A stretch of DNA of 29,047 nt, from positions 1 through 29,047 of the forward strand of contig JBIIPZ010000037.1 of the NCBI GenBank assembly GCA_044342325.1, read 5' to 3'. The DNA comes from Terrimicrobiaceae bacterium. GTDB lineage: Bacteria > Verrucomicrobiota > Verrucomicrobiia > Chthoniobacterales > Terrimicrobiaceae. Made by a program: the position numbers and the translations under genes. Of the stretch, positions 1 to 9,576 are shown piece after piece. Position 1 is the stretch's first letter. Each line of letters begins with the position of its first letter. The notes beneath the pieces are model-generated. The model had not been told where the DNA came from. It saw only the letters and a program-made list of their open reading frames with translations, and ran no database searches.

Positions 1-906
1 CAAGGCGCCCAAACCGTCGGTATGGGCAAGGATCTCGCCGCCGAGTATCCTTGTGCCGCCGATCTCTTCCACCGAGCCGATTCAATCCTTGGCTATTCGC
101 TCAGCCAAATCGTCTTTGAAGGCCCTGCTGAGGAACTCACCAAGACCTCTGTCTGCCAGCCTGCACTCTATGTCCACGGCCTCGCCTGCCTTGCTGTTCT
201 GAAAGAGAAATTCCCCGCCCTCGATTTTCAAGCCACCGCCGGCCTCTCGCTCGGAGAGTTCACCGCCCATGCTGCAGCCGGAACCTTCGATTTTGAGACC
301 GGGCTCCGCCTTGTGGACAAGCGCGCCCGCGCCATGCAGGAAGCCTGCGAGGGGTCGGAAGGCGCCATGGCGGCGATCATCGGTGGCGAGGAGGACCGCG
401 TGCGGGAACTGGCTGCCGTCGCCGATGTGGATGTCGCCAATATCAATGCCCCCGGACAAATCGTTCTCTCGGGTGAATCCTCCAAAATCGTTGTCGCCGT
501 CTCCTTGGCCAAGGAATACAGCGCCAGAAAGGCCGTGGAACTCACTGTTGCCGGTGCCTTCCACTCGCGACTCATGGAGCCCGCCTACCAAACACTCTCC
601 GCCGCCCTTGCTGAGACGCCGATGAACTCTCCACGCGTCCCTGTTGTTTGCAATGTGGACGCCATCAAGGTCGGCGATGCCGAAACTATCCGCCGCACAC
701 TCGCAGACCAGGTCACCGGAAGCGTCTGCTGGTCACAAAGCATCGAATACCTCATCGACCATCTGCACATCGAACAATTCATCGAACTCGGACCCGGCGG
801 CGTGCTTGCCGGTCTCGTGGGCCGCATCCGCAAAGGAACACCAGTGATCTCGATCTCGAACTCCGCCACACTCGACGAGGCTCTCACGGCTTTGAAGGCC
901 GAATAA
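1..906 (+). CDS. fabD: Malonyl CoA-ACP transacylase (5'-truncated by window edge)
   Basis: Frame is open from base 1 (QGAQTVGMGKDL, the GQGxQxxGMG N-terminal motif). Also shows QPALY, the GLSLGEF nucleophile motif, AFHS and ELGPG. Confidence 0.95.
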   Translation, partial: QGAQTVGMGKDLAAEYPCAADLFHRADSILGYSLSQIVFEGPAEELTKTSVCQPALYVHGLACLAVLKEKFPALDFQATAGLSLGEFTAHAAAGTFDFETGLRLVDKRARAMQEACEGSEGAMAAIIGGEEDRVRELAAVADVDVANINAPGQIVLSGESSKIVVAVSLAKEYSARKAVELTVAGAFHSRLMEPAYQTLSAALAETPMNSPRVPVVCNVDAIKVGDAETIRRTLADQVTGSVCWSQSIEYLIDHLHIEQFIELGPGGVLAGLVGRIRKGTPVISISNSATLDEALTALKAE

Positions 907-938
907 GTAAACCAGCCTTGTTGTTGGATGCTCCCCGC

Positions 939-1289
939 ATGCCATACCTGCTGAAAATTGCTCTTAGCGCGTTGATGATCGTTGCCATCACAGAGGCCAC
1001 GAAGCGCCTCGGTTTTTGGGGTGCGCTGCTGGCGGCACTTCCCGTTCTGTCCTTGATCTCGATGTTTTGGATTTATTGGGAATCCCGCGAAACTGAAAAA
1101 ATCGCCACCTTCTCGCTGCAGGTCTTTTGGTTTGTCATCCCATCCTTGGGTCTCTTTGCGGCCTTGCCGTGGTTGCTTGGGCGCTTTTCATTTTTTACCA
1201 GCTTGGGGTTGGCAAGCCTGGTCACGATTTTTCTCTATGTGGCCATGCTCGGAGTCTTCAAGCTGGTGGGCTACGATCCTTTTTCCTGA
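939..1289 (+). CDS. DUF3147-like small membrane protein
   Basis: ATG at 939 gives MPYLLKIALSALMIVAITEATKRLGFWGALLAALP...: about four hydrophobic segments, with the KR..GALLAALP pattern typical of DUF3147. Confidence 0.75.
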   Translation: MPYLLKIALSALMIVAITEATKRLGFWGALLAALPVLSLISMFWIYWESRETEKIATFSLQVFWFVIPSLGLFAALPWLLGRFSFFTSLGLASLVTIFLYVAMLGVFKLVGYDPFS

Positions 1290-1302
1290 AAGCGAAGCGA
1301 GG

Positions 1303-2223
1303 TCAGATTGTCTCGAAGTGCGCGATGCGGCGGAAGAGGTCGTAGCGCGAGTCGATCTGCGCTGTATCCACGGTTTTCAGACGCTCGAGGCTGAAGGCTT
1401 CGACATTGTAGCTGGCGAGAACACTGCCATAGACGACAGCTTTTTTCAGATGGTCGAATGTGACTTGGCCGTCTTTCACATTCGCGGCGAGGTAGCCTGC
1501 AAGGCCTCCAGCAAAGGAATCCCCGGCACCAGTTGGATCATGGATGTCTTCCAGTGGATAGGCGGGACAGCTGAAAAATTCAGCTTCAGGTCCGAAGAGG
1601 AGGCATCCATGCTCACCTTTTTTGATGGCCACATATTGCGGGCCCATGGCGCGGATTTTTTTGCCCGCCTTGATCAGGCTGGTCTCGGAAGTGAATTGGC
1701 GGGCCTCGCTGTCATTGAGGATGAGCATGTCGACGCGGGCGATGAGTTTTTCGAGGGATTCCTTGGCGATGTTGATCCAGAGATCCATCGTATCGGCGAT
1801 GACGAAGCGGGGCTGGCTGACCTGGTTGAGCACATGGTGCTGAAGGTCGGGCGCGATATTTGCGAGCAGAACGATCGGCGTCGAGTGGTAGCCCTCGGGC
1901 AGGGTGGGGGTGAAATGCTCGAACACATTCAGCGCAACGGAGCGCGTCTCGCGGGTGTTCATGTCCCACATGTATTCGCCGGACCACCGGAAGGTCTCGC
2001 CGGGCACGATCTGGAGGCCAGCGAGGTCGATGCCGCGCTTGTGGAAGAGTTCGATGTGTTCTTTCGGAAAATTCTCGCCGACGATGCCGACGAGATTCAC
2101 CGGGCTGAAATTCGATGCGGAAACAGCTCCATACGAGGCGGAGCCCCCGAGCAGGTCTTTTTGCTCGGCGAGTTGTGTTTTGATGTCATCCAGCGCGATA
2201 GATCCAACAATAAGAACGGACAT
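1303..2223 (-). CDS. PfkB/ribokinase-family carbohydrate kinase
   Basis: N-terminal VGSIALD..GGSA, NDSEA and C-terminal DPTGAGDSFAGG signature. Confidence 0.93.
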   Translation of the reverse strand: MSVLIVGSIALDDIKTQLAEQKDLLGGSASYGAVSASNFSPVNLVGIVGENFPKEHIELFHKRGIDLAGLQIVPGETFRWSGEYMWDMNTRETRSVALNVFEHFTPTLPEGYHSTPIVLLANIAPDLQHHVLNQVSQPRFVIADTMDLWINIAKESLEKLIARVDMLILNDSEARQFTSETSLIKAGKKIRAMGPQYVAIKKGEHGCLLFGPEAEFFSCPAYPLEDIHDPTGAGDSFAGGLAGYLAANVKDGQVTFDHLKKAVVYGSVLASYNVEAFSLERLKTVDTAQIDSRYDLFRRIAHFETI

Positions 2224-2303
2224 AGGCGCGGGAGAATGAGGATTCCCGCCCTGCTGTGCGAGAAAAAATGTGGCATCTGGGTGGATTGCCTAAGCAGGTG
2301 TGA

Positions 2304-3122
2304 TCAATGCGCGAAGTGGTCACCCTTGATCGAGGGCCAACAACCGCGCAGCGAGGGTGCGTGGATTTTCAGCGAAGGGTTGGACCGAATCCAACCGGGA
2401 GCGCCTTCTTCATTCACAAAACTTACGCCGATCGGCATATCAGGTTGCTCGTCGGCAAGCAGCGTCATTTCATGCAGAGCCTTGTCGTGAAATCCCGTCC
2501 ACTCCTCTTTCATCTGAACAGGATCAAGGTTCCTAGCCTTGATTTCATGGAGTGTGAACGGGTCAATACGGGCGAATCGCCCAACCATTTTGTGAAGTAA
2601 AATGGGACTGAACCCTGGATCCTTTCCGCAAGCTGCCCAAAGGATGGCCTCCAAGGGATAGATGCGGCAGAGTTCAAGTATGTCGATGTAATCCCTCGTT
2701 TCAGTGCGGCTTGCAAGGGCGAGAGCCTTGTTGACTGCCATATCAAAGAGATGAAGACGCCAGCCCAACTTTTCGTCGTGAACAATCGGGAAAAAACGGA
2801 AAGCCGAGTCGAGTGCCCAATCAAGCTCCACTGAGTCGGGGCCGCTGCGCACACGGGCTTTTCGGAAGGAGCTGGTTTTCGTCCACTTTTCTTCATTATC
2901 GCAAAGCTCCACTTCAAAACCTGCTGCTCGCAAACTGGAGACATCTTTCAGGCTGGCGACCAGCAAGTCTTCAGTGGCATCGTGAAAAATATCAAAATCG
3001 TGGGAAAAGCGCACCGAGTCGTCCGGTGAGTGCAGCACGATGCCTCCGGCAAAATGGCTCGCCTCGCCACGGTTTGCGAGGATGACTTCAAGGACTTCTT
3101 TTTGGAAAGTGGTTAAAGGCAT
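2304..3122 (-). CDS. AbiEii-like nucleotidyltransferase (putative type IV TA toxin)
   Basis: FAGG...RFSHDFDIF matches the GG..RxSxDxD Pol-beta NTase motif; C-terminal NKALAL.SR.ETRDYID matches the KxxA..R...RDxxD AbiEii motif. Confidence 0.75.
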   Translation of the reverse strand: MPLTTFQKEVLEVILANRGEASHFAGGIVLHSPDDSVRFSHDFDIFHDATEDLLVASLKDVSSLRAAGFEVELCDNEEKWTKTSSFRKARVRSGPDSVELDWALDSAFRFFPIVHDEKLGWRLHLFDMAVNKALALASRTETRDYIDILELCRIYPLEAILWAACGKDPGFSPILLHKMVGRFARIDPFTLHEIKARNLDPVQMKEEWTGFHDKALHEMTLLADEQPDMPIGVSFVNEEGAPGWIRSNPSLKIHAPSLRGCWPSIKGDHFAH

Positions 3123-3340
3123 TTTCGAAGCGCTTGCGCAGCCCGCCAGGCGCGTTGGTCGCCGTATTCCCGGAGATGCTGGATGACAAGTGGAATGTCA
3201 TTGCGGTCACGAATCCGGGCTTTGGGGTGTCGGAACCAAAAACAGCCGGGAAACTCGCGTATCAGGGACTCTGCACGGGCCACGAGTTCATTCTCGGATA
3301 ACCCAATGCTTTCAGGAGAAGATGTGGCGACGCCTTCCAT
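3113..3340 (-). CDS. Small (75 aa) partner/antitoxin-like protein
   Basis: ATG at 3340 gives MEGVATSS...CFWF...PLVIQHLREYGD...KCL. It overlaps the NTase start by 10 bp. FW...LREYGD resembles small proteins (DUF6922-like) encoded next to AbiEii NTases. Confidence 0.6.
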   Translation of the reverse strand: MEGVATSSPESIGLSENELVARAESLIREFPGCFWFRHPKARIRDRNDIPLVIQHLREYGDQRAWRAAQALRKCL

Positions 3341-3411
3341 GCGGAGCAATATAAATGAATCTTGCCGTATTGGCAAAACGATCTCCCGGTGGCGCTCTCT
3401 CTTCCGAAGAC

Positions 3412-5004
3412 TCAGATGCGTCGCATCACAGTGTCCCGCAGAAAACGGGCGTCGTCTCGATTCGGGTAGTCGAGCGTGTAGTGAAGGCCCCGGCTTTCCT
3501 TGCGGCTGAGCGCGCAGTCGACGACGAGAGAGGCTACGGTTACGAGGTTGCGGAGCTCGAGCAGGTCGGTCGTGACTTTGAAATTCCAGTAAAATTCCTG
3601 CACTTCGGCGTGGAGGTTTCGCAGGCGCGTCGCTGCGCGCTGGAGGCGTTTGTCGGTGCGGACGATGCCGACGTAATCCCACATGAGGCGGCGGATTTCT
3701 TCCCAGTTGTGCGAAATGACCACGAGTTCATCCACATCCTGAACGCTGCCGGAGCGCCACTCGGGGAGCTCAATGGCGACGGGATCGCGCTGGCGGCGGG
3801 TGGATTTTTCAAAGGCGCTGTGGGCCATGACCACGCCTTCGAGGAGCGAGTTGCTGGCAAGGCGGTTGGCTCCGTGCAGACCGGTGCAGGCGGCTTCGCC
3901 GATCGCATAGAGGCCGCGCAGTGAAGTCTCGCCTTGCAGGTCGGTCTTCACTCCGCCGCATTGGTAGTGGGCGGCTGGAACAACGGGAATCGGTTCTCGT
4001 GTGATGTCCAGACCGGCGCGGAGACAGGTTTCGTAAATCGACGGAAAGCGGGATTTGATGAAATCGGCGGGCTTGTGGGTGATGTCCAAATAAACGCACT
4101 TGGCACCGCTGCGTTTCATCTCCGCATCGATGGCGCGGGCTACGATATCGCGCGGGGCGAGTTCCTTCTGGGGGTTGTGGTGTTCCATGAAGCGCCGGCC
4201 GCGTTCGTTGATCAGGATGGCACCTTCGCCGCGCACAGCTTCGGAGATGAGAAAGGACTTGATGGCGGGATGGTAGAGGCAAGTCGGGTGGAACTGGATG
4301 AACTCCATGTTCGCAATCACAGCACCGGCCCGCCAAGCCATGGCGACACCATCCCCCGTGGCGATGTCGGGATTCGTCGTGTAGAGATACACCTTCCCGC
4401 AACCTCCTGTGGCCAGCACAGTCACATCGCTGCGGAGGGTCTCCACCTCACCCGTGGCTTCGTTGAGGACATAAACGCCGACGCAGCTGTTCTCCATCGC
4501 GTAGCCGAGTTTTCCGGTCGTTATGAAATCCACCGCCATGTGGTTTTCCATGACTTCGATGCTCGGATGCGAGGCGATTTGGGCAACAAGTGCGCTCTCG
4601 ATTTCGCGTCCGGTTGTGTCCCGGAAATGGAGGATACGGCGCTTGGAGTGGCCGCCCTCGCGTCCGAGATCCAGTTCATGGTGGCCGTTGCCATTTTCCC
4701 GCTGGTCGAAGTGCACGCCGAGTTTCATCAACTCAGCGATTCGCTCAGGGCCTTCGGTAATGATTTTGCGCACGGCGTCCTCGTGGCAGAGGCCCGCCCC
4801 CGCATCGAGAGTGTCCCGGATGTGGAGTTCGAAGGAATCCTCGTCACTCATTACGCAGGCCACGCCGCCTTGGGCCCAAGCGGTGTTCGAGTCGGCAATG
4901 GCGCGTTTGGTGATGAGGGCCAGGCGACCTTTTTCCGCAGCCTTCAGAGCAAAGGAGAGTCCTGCGATACCGCTGCCAAGGACGATGAAATCAAATTCTC
5001 TCAT
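3412..5004 (-). CDS. nadB: L-aspartate oxidase
   Basis: GSGIAG FAD motif, WAQGG, REGGHS, QFHPT, LISEAVRGEG, LAPRDIVAR, HYQCGG, GLHGANRLASNSLLE, ESRGLHY. Confidence 0.97.
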   Translation of the reverse strand: MREFDFIVLGSGIAGLSFALKAAEKGRLALITKRAIADSNTAWAQGGVACVMSDEDSFELHIRDTLDAGAGLCHEDAVRKIITEGPERIAELMKLGVHFDQRENGNGHHELDLGREGGHSKRRILHFRDTTGREIESALVAQIASHPSIEVMENHMAVDFITTGKLGYAMENSCVGVYVLNEATGEVETLRSDVTVLATGGCGKVYLYTTNPDIATGDGVAMAWRAGAVIANMEFIQFHPTCLYHPAIKSFLISEAVRGEGAILINERGRRFMEHHNPQKELAPRDIVARAIDAEMKRSGAKCVYLDITHKPADFIKSRFPSIYETCLRAGLDITREPIPVVPAAHYQCGGVKTDLQGETSLRGLYAIGEAACTGLHGANRLASNSLLEGVVMAHSAFEKSTRRQRDPVAIELPEWRSGSVQDVDELVVISHNWEEIRRLMWDYVGIVRTDKRLQRAATRLRNLHAEVQEFYWNFKVTTDLLELRNLVTVASLVVDCALSRKESRGLHYTLDYPNRDDARFLRDTVMRRI

Positions 5005-5846
5005 GGGATGCGGGGTAGGGGGATGTTGTCGATGAGTCTGGCCTTGCCAAGGAAGACGGCGACGGCAAGGCGTCCGGCGATTTTTCGGCTCGAGAGCGGA
5101 GCGAGTGTGGAGGCGTCCACCGCTTCGATGTAGTCAATCCGCGCGCCTGGTATTTTGCTGATGGCGGCGGCGCAGGATTTCACGATGGCCTGCGGACTTT
5201 TGAGTTTCGCGGCCAGCTCCATCGCTGCATGAATCGAAGGCGCAAGCGCACGCTCGTCGGGGGTGAGGTAGGCGTTGCGGGAGCTGGCGGCGAGTCCATC
5301 CGACTCGCGCACGGTGGGAAAAGGCTCGATCACGATGGGAAAATTCAAATCCCGCACCATGCGGCGGATGATGGCGAGCTGCTGCCAGTCTTTTTCGCCA
5401 AAAACGGCATGTGTGGGTTGGATAGCGAGAAAAAGTTTGGCTACGACCGTGCAGACTCCTCCGAAGTGCCCAGGGCGGCTTCGCCCGCAGAGCGTAGCGG
5501 AAAGGCCCGACTCGCCGACTGTCACGCTGGCATCGGCGGCATACATATCTTCTACTGAGGGAAGAAAAATGGCATCTGCCCCGGCGCGCCTGCAGGTGGC
5601 GAGGTCTTTTGCAAGCGGACGAGGGTAGGCGTTGAAATCCTCTTTGGGACCGAATTGCGTCGGGTTCACAAAAACAGAAACGGCGACGATTCCCGTGGGG
5701 CCGACGATCTTGCGGGCATGGCGGATGAGAGCCTCGTGGCCATGATGCAGAGCACCCATGGTAGGCACCAGAATAACCCTGGCATCGATCCCCTGTCGCC
5801 AGCGCCTCGCGGCTGCAATCGTCTTCAGGGATTTCATGGCGGGCAT
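5001..5846 (-). CDS. panC: Pantoate-beta-alanine ligase
   Basis: VPTMGALHHGH, FVNPTQF, RPGHF.GV, FGEKDWQQL, DGLA.SSRN, RLIDN. 4-bp overlap with nadB; the start could instead be 5837. Confidence 0.97.
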   Translation of the reverse strand: MPAMKSLKTIAAARRWRQGIDARVILVPTMGALHHGHEALIRHARKIVGPTGIVAVSVFVNPTQFGPKEDFNAYPRPLAKDLATCRRAGADAIFLPSVEDMYAADASVTVGESGLSATLCGRSRPGHFGGVCTVVAKLFLAIQPTHAVFGEKDWQQLAIIRRMVRDLNFPIVIEPFPTVRESDGLAASSRNAYLTPDERALAPSIHAAMELAAKLKSPQAIVKSCAAAISKIPGARIDYIEAVDASTLAPLSSRKIAGRLAVAVFLGKARLIDNIPLPRIP

Positions 5847-5923
5847 TGTTCCACGGAGTCCGGCGTTCTGCGATTCACAATTCTCCGTTTGGCGGAGTGA
5901 TGATCTGCCCAGCGTTCTGGGGC

Positions 5924-6403
5924 TCAGTTTAGCGCAGGGGCGGTTGCCTCCGGTGAGGCTGCGGGTGCTGGCTCGAGAGGGGCTGTTTCCACTTCTGGAG
6001 TTGCTTGAGGTGTCTCTTGGACTGGTTCAGCGACTGGCGTGGCCGATGCCGTTGGCGTGGCTGGAGTAGCCTCAGGCGTGCTTAGAGGAGCAGGTGTTGG
6101 TGTTGACACTGCGGCCGGAAGCGGTTCGCTGAGGAGCTTTTTCTGAACGGCTGTTTTGCCGGAATTCGCCTTCGCGGTGAGGATCGAGAGGAGGAGGGTG
6201 ATTGCAAAAAAAGCGATGCCCATCCAGGTGGTGAATCGAGCAAGGACATTGGTCGTCTGCGAGCCGAAGACATTGTCAGTCAGTCCACCACCGAAGGCCG
6301 AGCCCAACCCCTCGCTTCGAGGGCGCTGCATAAGGACAACTAAAATCATTAAAGCGCAAACCAAAACATGAATGGCTATGAGAATTGACAGAATAATGGA
6401 CAT
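5924..6403 (-). CDS. secG: Preprotein translocase subunit SecG with long Pro/Ala/Thr-rich tail
   Basis: Two TM segments flanking VLMQRPRSEGLGSAFGGG...FG...L.R.T; ATG at 6403. Confidence 0.92.
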   Translation of the reverse strand: MSIILSILIAIHVLVCALMILVVLMQRPRSEGLGSAFGGGLTDNVFGSQTTNVLARFTTWMGIAFFAITLLLSILTAKANSGKTAVQKKLLSEPLPAAVSTPTPAPLSTPEATPATPTASATPVAEPVQETPQATPEVETAPLEPAPAASPEATAPALN

Positions 6404-6453
6404 AAGAGAGCCGTGCAAATTAGACGGGGAAGGAGTTTAGTAAAGACAAGAAA

Positions 6454-7005
6454 TTACTGGTTGAGCGCTGGCTGCAATCCGGGTTCGCCCCGTGTCGCAG
6501 CGGCTTGGGTGATCATTTCCGTGAAAAACAGGTTTGCGGACTGCACGACCGCTTGGGGGCCGGTCATTTTCACAAAAACATCCCCGGATTGTTCGTCGGC
6601 AAGGATTGCACCCATGAGAGCATAGTTTTCGAGTGGTGTGGTAGGGCCACCGGGCATGCCGCTTTGGAATGTGCCAGCCGCGTGCACATAATAAATGCGG
6701 GTGCGCCCCTTGGTGACCTCGCTTTGCGATGTCGGGCCGCCTTGAAACTGCCCAAACCAACGGTCGATATTGGCTTTTATGCCTCCTCCTTGGCCGTGAC
6801 CGAAGTGGAAGAATGTGACCTCCGCCTTTTCCTGATTGGTGCCCGGAACCTCGAGTTGAGCCTTCCGCATAGTGCTGGAGGGAACGATCCATTTCCATGT
6901 GTCTGGACGGGTGAATATGAACGCTCCGACTTGAAACTCCAGCGGGTCTGCCGCCCAAAGCGCGCTGGATGTTGCCAAGAGTAAAAAAAAGGATCGAAGT
7001 TTCAT
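6454..7005 (-). CDS. Conserved hypothetical exported protein
   Basis: Signal-peptide-like N-terminus and MRKAQL.VPG...FFHFG.GQGGG..ANIDRWFGQF pattern; 4-bp overlap with the upstream gene. Confidence 0.75.
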   Translation of the reverse strand: MKLRSFFLLLATSSALWAADPLEFQVGAFIFTRPDTWKWIVPSSTMRKAQLEVPGTNQEKAEVTFFHFGHGQGGGIKANIDRWFGQFQGGPTSQSEVTKGRTRIYYVHAAGTFQSGMPGGPTTPLENYALMGAILADEQSGDVFVKMTGPQAVVQSANLFFTEMITQAAATRGEPGLQPALNQ

Positions 7006-8507
7006 CGTGGGCTGCGGATTTCTGGAGGGGTGGCTTGCGGTGTTGGGATGGGGGTTGGTGTTGAATTTGGTGTTGAATTTGGTGTTGAATTTGGTGTTGG
7101 TAACGGCACCGGAATCTGCGGGTTTGTATTGATGCTGCTGGGTGGTGCAGGCGGCTGAGCGCTGGTTCCTGTGTTTGTTGCTTGCTGAACTCCCGACTGG
7201 GCGGCATCTCCCACGGCTTGTGCATCGACTCCGGCAACGCTCTCAACGATCTGACTTGTGACTTGGGCTGACTGTTGGGGTTGCGCCGCAGCGACGCTTT
7301 GGGCGATCTGCGCGGCGGCTTCAGGGACGGCGGCCGCAACGGAGGCTGCGATTTGAGGGGCGGTGGATGGTGCCACTGAGGCAACCGCACCGGCGATAGC
7401 TGCGGCGGCGGCAGGGACGGCCTGGGCTACGCTGGTGGCGATGGCCGTCGCAGAGGAGGGGGCAACCGTTGCCACGGAGGCTGCAATTTGTGAGGCCAGA
7501 GAGGGTGAAATCAAGGCGGCTGTCGAAGCGATTTGAGGGGCGGCGTTCGGGGCGAGTTCCGCAGCGGCGGCTGCTATTTCCGCGGCGGCGGCAGGCGTTT
7601 CCGTGGCGAGTTGTTGGACGGCTTCAACGACGGCTTCATCTCCGTTGCTGGCCGCTTCCTCCAGCGTTTTTTGCTGTTCCGGTGAGAGGGATGAAGAAGC
7701 AGACTCACGGCTCTGAGCAGCGGCCACCACGGCTTGAGCGAAAACAGCTTGTCCGGAAGATCTTTGGGAAGAGACAGAGGATAAAATGCTGCTGCCAGCT
7801 TCTGCCGAGAGTTGGCTTGTGGCGGGTTGCGTGATCGCTCCGGATTGACCGCCCTGAGAGGAAGACATCGATACGCTGCTGGATGATCCTGCCGCCACCG
7901 GCACGGTGTCACCTCCGCCTGCAGAGCGAACCCCCACTTCGCCGGAGGCGACGCCCACAGTGAAGGCTTTCGGTGTGCCGTCTGAGTTTTTCACAGCACT
8001 GGTTTTAAAATCTGTGCCGCGAATGCCGGCCGTGCCGAGCGGTGTGCTTACTTCCAGACTCGAACCGGGTTTGAGTTTTTTGACACCGGTGATGATGTCT
8101 CCGTATTCAAGGTATCCGGTTGTTTTGGAATTGGATGGCTCGCTTTTCATCTCTGCAAGCTTTTCTGGGGCAACATCCCATGGTGCTTGTTGGAATTCCT
8201 GAATGAGAAACTTGGTGGAGGGGGCGACCTCCATGACGATGCCATTTTCGAAGGCGAGAGAGGCTTTAGCCTTTGGGCCGGTGACGATGATCTGGCCTTG
8301 CTTTAAAATTGCACCTTTCGATGGGGCTTGGGTTTCGTCATTGGAAGAGCTCGAGATTTTTACATCGCCCTCGAATGCAGTGAGAACAATAATGCCGTTC
8401 TTCATGGGGGCCTCGACTGTCTCTTGGGCTTTGGCGCTTGCCGGAAACGCCAAAAATGCAATCGCAAGCAGTTGAAATGCGGTTCCTAGGGTGTTTGAGA
8501 GATTCAT
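7002..8507 (-). CDS. Exported FecR-domain protein with eight 15-aa Ala-rich repeats and Pro/Thr tail
   Basis: Signal peptide, then a FecR-like domain (IVTGPKAKASLAFENG...TPLGTAGIRGTDF), then PxxAxxIAxxVAxxx repeats and a PNST/PT tail. Confidence 0.8.
   Translation of the reverse strand: MNLSNTLGTAFQLLAIAFLAFPASAKAQETVEAPMKNGIIVLTAFEGDVKISSSSNDETQAPSKGAILKQGQIIVTGPKAKASLAFENGIVMEVAPSTKFLIQEFQQAPWDVAPEKLAEMKSEPSNSKTTGYLEYGDIITGVKKLKPGSSLEVSTPLGTAGIRGTDFKTSAVKNSDGTPKAFTVGVASGEVGVRSAGGGDTVPVAAGSSSSVSMSSSQGGQSGAITQPATSQLSAEAGSSILSSVSSQRSSGQAVFAQAVVAAAQSRESASSSLSPEQQKTLEEAASNGDEAVVEAVQQLATETPAAAAEIAAAAAELAPNAAPQIASTAALISPSLASQIAASVATVAPSSATAIATSVAQAVPAAAAAIAGAVASVAPSTAPQIAASVAAAVPEAAAQIAQSVAAAQPQQSAQVTSQIVESVAGVDAQAVGDAAQSGVQQATNTGTSAQPPAPPSSINTNPQIPVPLPTPNSTPNSTPNSTPTPIPTPQATPPEIRSPR
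7055..7098. repeat. 12-bp tandem repeat (TTGGTGTTGAAT x3+) encoding TPNS repeats
   Basis: Visible directly; lies in frame within the C-terminal tail of 7002..8507. Confidence 0.85.
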
Positions 8508-8646
8508 AAGAAATACCTTCTCTTGCCATCCCTAAACCTCCTTCTTTTCCTCTACAAGGTAAAATGCGGCCACCGGATCGAGATTCTCTTGGTCTGAAAT
8601 TATTCATTTCGCAAGCGGCGGGTCTTTGTGTTTACTCCACGCGCTT

Positions 8647-9564
8647 ATGGAAAATGTCATTATTGTTGGCACTGGATGTGCCGGACTCACGGCCGCAATC
8701 TACACTGGGCGCGCCAATCTTTCGCCGCTTGTTCTCGAGGGACGCCTCCCCGGCGGGCAACTCACCACCACGACGGCCGTGGAAAATTTCCCAGGATTCC
8801 CGGACGGGGTGGACGGTCCGGAATTGATTCAGCGGATGCATCAGCAGGCTGAAAAATTCGGCGCCCGCTTCCAGTATGGCGTTGTGGAGGAGTTCGAGCC
8901 CGGCACTCCCCATCGGCTCAAAGTGGATGGCGCTTGGATGGAAACAAAGTCCCTCATCATCGCAAGCGGAGCGTCTCCCCGCTACATCGGCATCGAGGGC
9001 GAACAAGCACTCATCGGCCATGGCCTCACCTCCTGTGCGACCTGCGATGGTGCTTTCTACCGGAATGTTCCTGTATGCGTCGTCGGTGGCGGTGACTCGG
9101 CATGCGAAGAGGCGACATTTCTCACGCGCTTTGCCTCGGAAGTTTATCTCATCCACCGCCGCGATACGCTCCGCGCCTCGAAAATCATGGCCGACCGGGC
9201 GCTCGCAAATCCCAAAATTAAGCCAGTCTGGAACTCGACCGTAACCGGCTACATCACCGACGAGGCTGGTGAGGTGAGCGGAGTTCATCTGAAAAATCTC
9301 AAGGACGGCACGACCTCCGAGTTGGCCCTCAAATGCGTTTTTGTCGCCATCGGCCACGAGCCGAACACCGCACCCTTCCGCAAAAGCCTCACCACTGACT
9401 CGAATGGCTATCTGGTTCAAACCGGCGGCACCCGCACCAATGTGTCCGGAGTCTTCGCCGCAGGCGATGTCGCCGACCATGTTTACCGCCAAGCCATCAC
9501 CGCCTCAGGGCAGGGGTGCGCGGCAGCGATCGAGGCCGAACGCTGGCTCGCGGATTCCGAGTAA
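8647..9564 (+). CDS. trxB: Thioredoxin reductase
   Basis: GTGCAGLTAAIY, GGQL.TT..VENFPGF, CATCDG active site, GGGDSA.EEA, GDV.D..YRQAIT; ATG at 8647. Confidence 0.97.
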   Translation: MENVIIVGTGCAGLTAAIYTGRANLSPLVLEGRLPGGQLTTTTAVENFPGFPDGVDGPELIQRMHQQAEKFGARFQYGVVEEFEPGTPHRLKVDGAWMETKSLIIASGASPRYIGIEGEQALIGHGLTSCATCDGAFYRNVPVCVVGGGDSACEEATFLTRFASEVYLIHRRDTLRASKIMADRALANPKIKPVWNSTVTGYITDEAGEVSGVHLKNLKDGTTSELALKCVFVAIGHEPNTAPFRKSLTTDSNGYLVQTGGTRTNVSGVFAAGDVADHVYRQAITASGQGCAAAIEAERWLADSE

Positions 9565-9576
9565 ACGACTTCGCTT

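Noticed and set aside
1132..2490. 452-aa plus-strand ORF and similar long antisense ORFs (3934..5133, 8632..9492, 15532..16800, 20373..21536)
   Set aside because: Shadow ORFs opposite well-supported genes, as expected in GC-rich DNA.
3341..3682. N-terminal 114 aa of the 3113..3682 ORF
   Set aside because: Overlaps nadB out of frame; the plausible start is ATG 3340.
5847..5923. tRNA-Leu often found after secG
   Set aside because: No cloverleaf or T-loop GTTC motif; only a short CTCCG/CGGAG hairpin.
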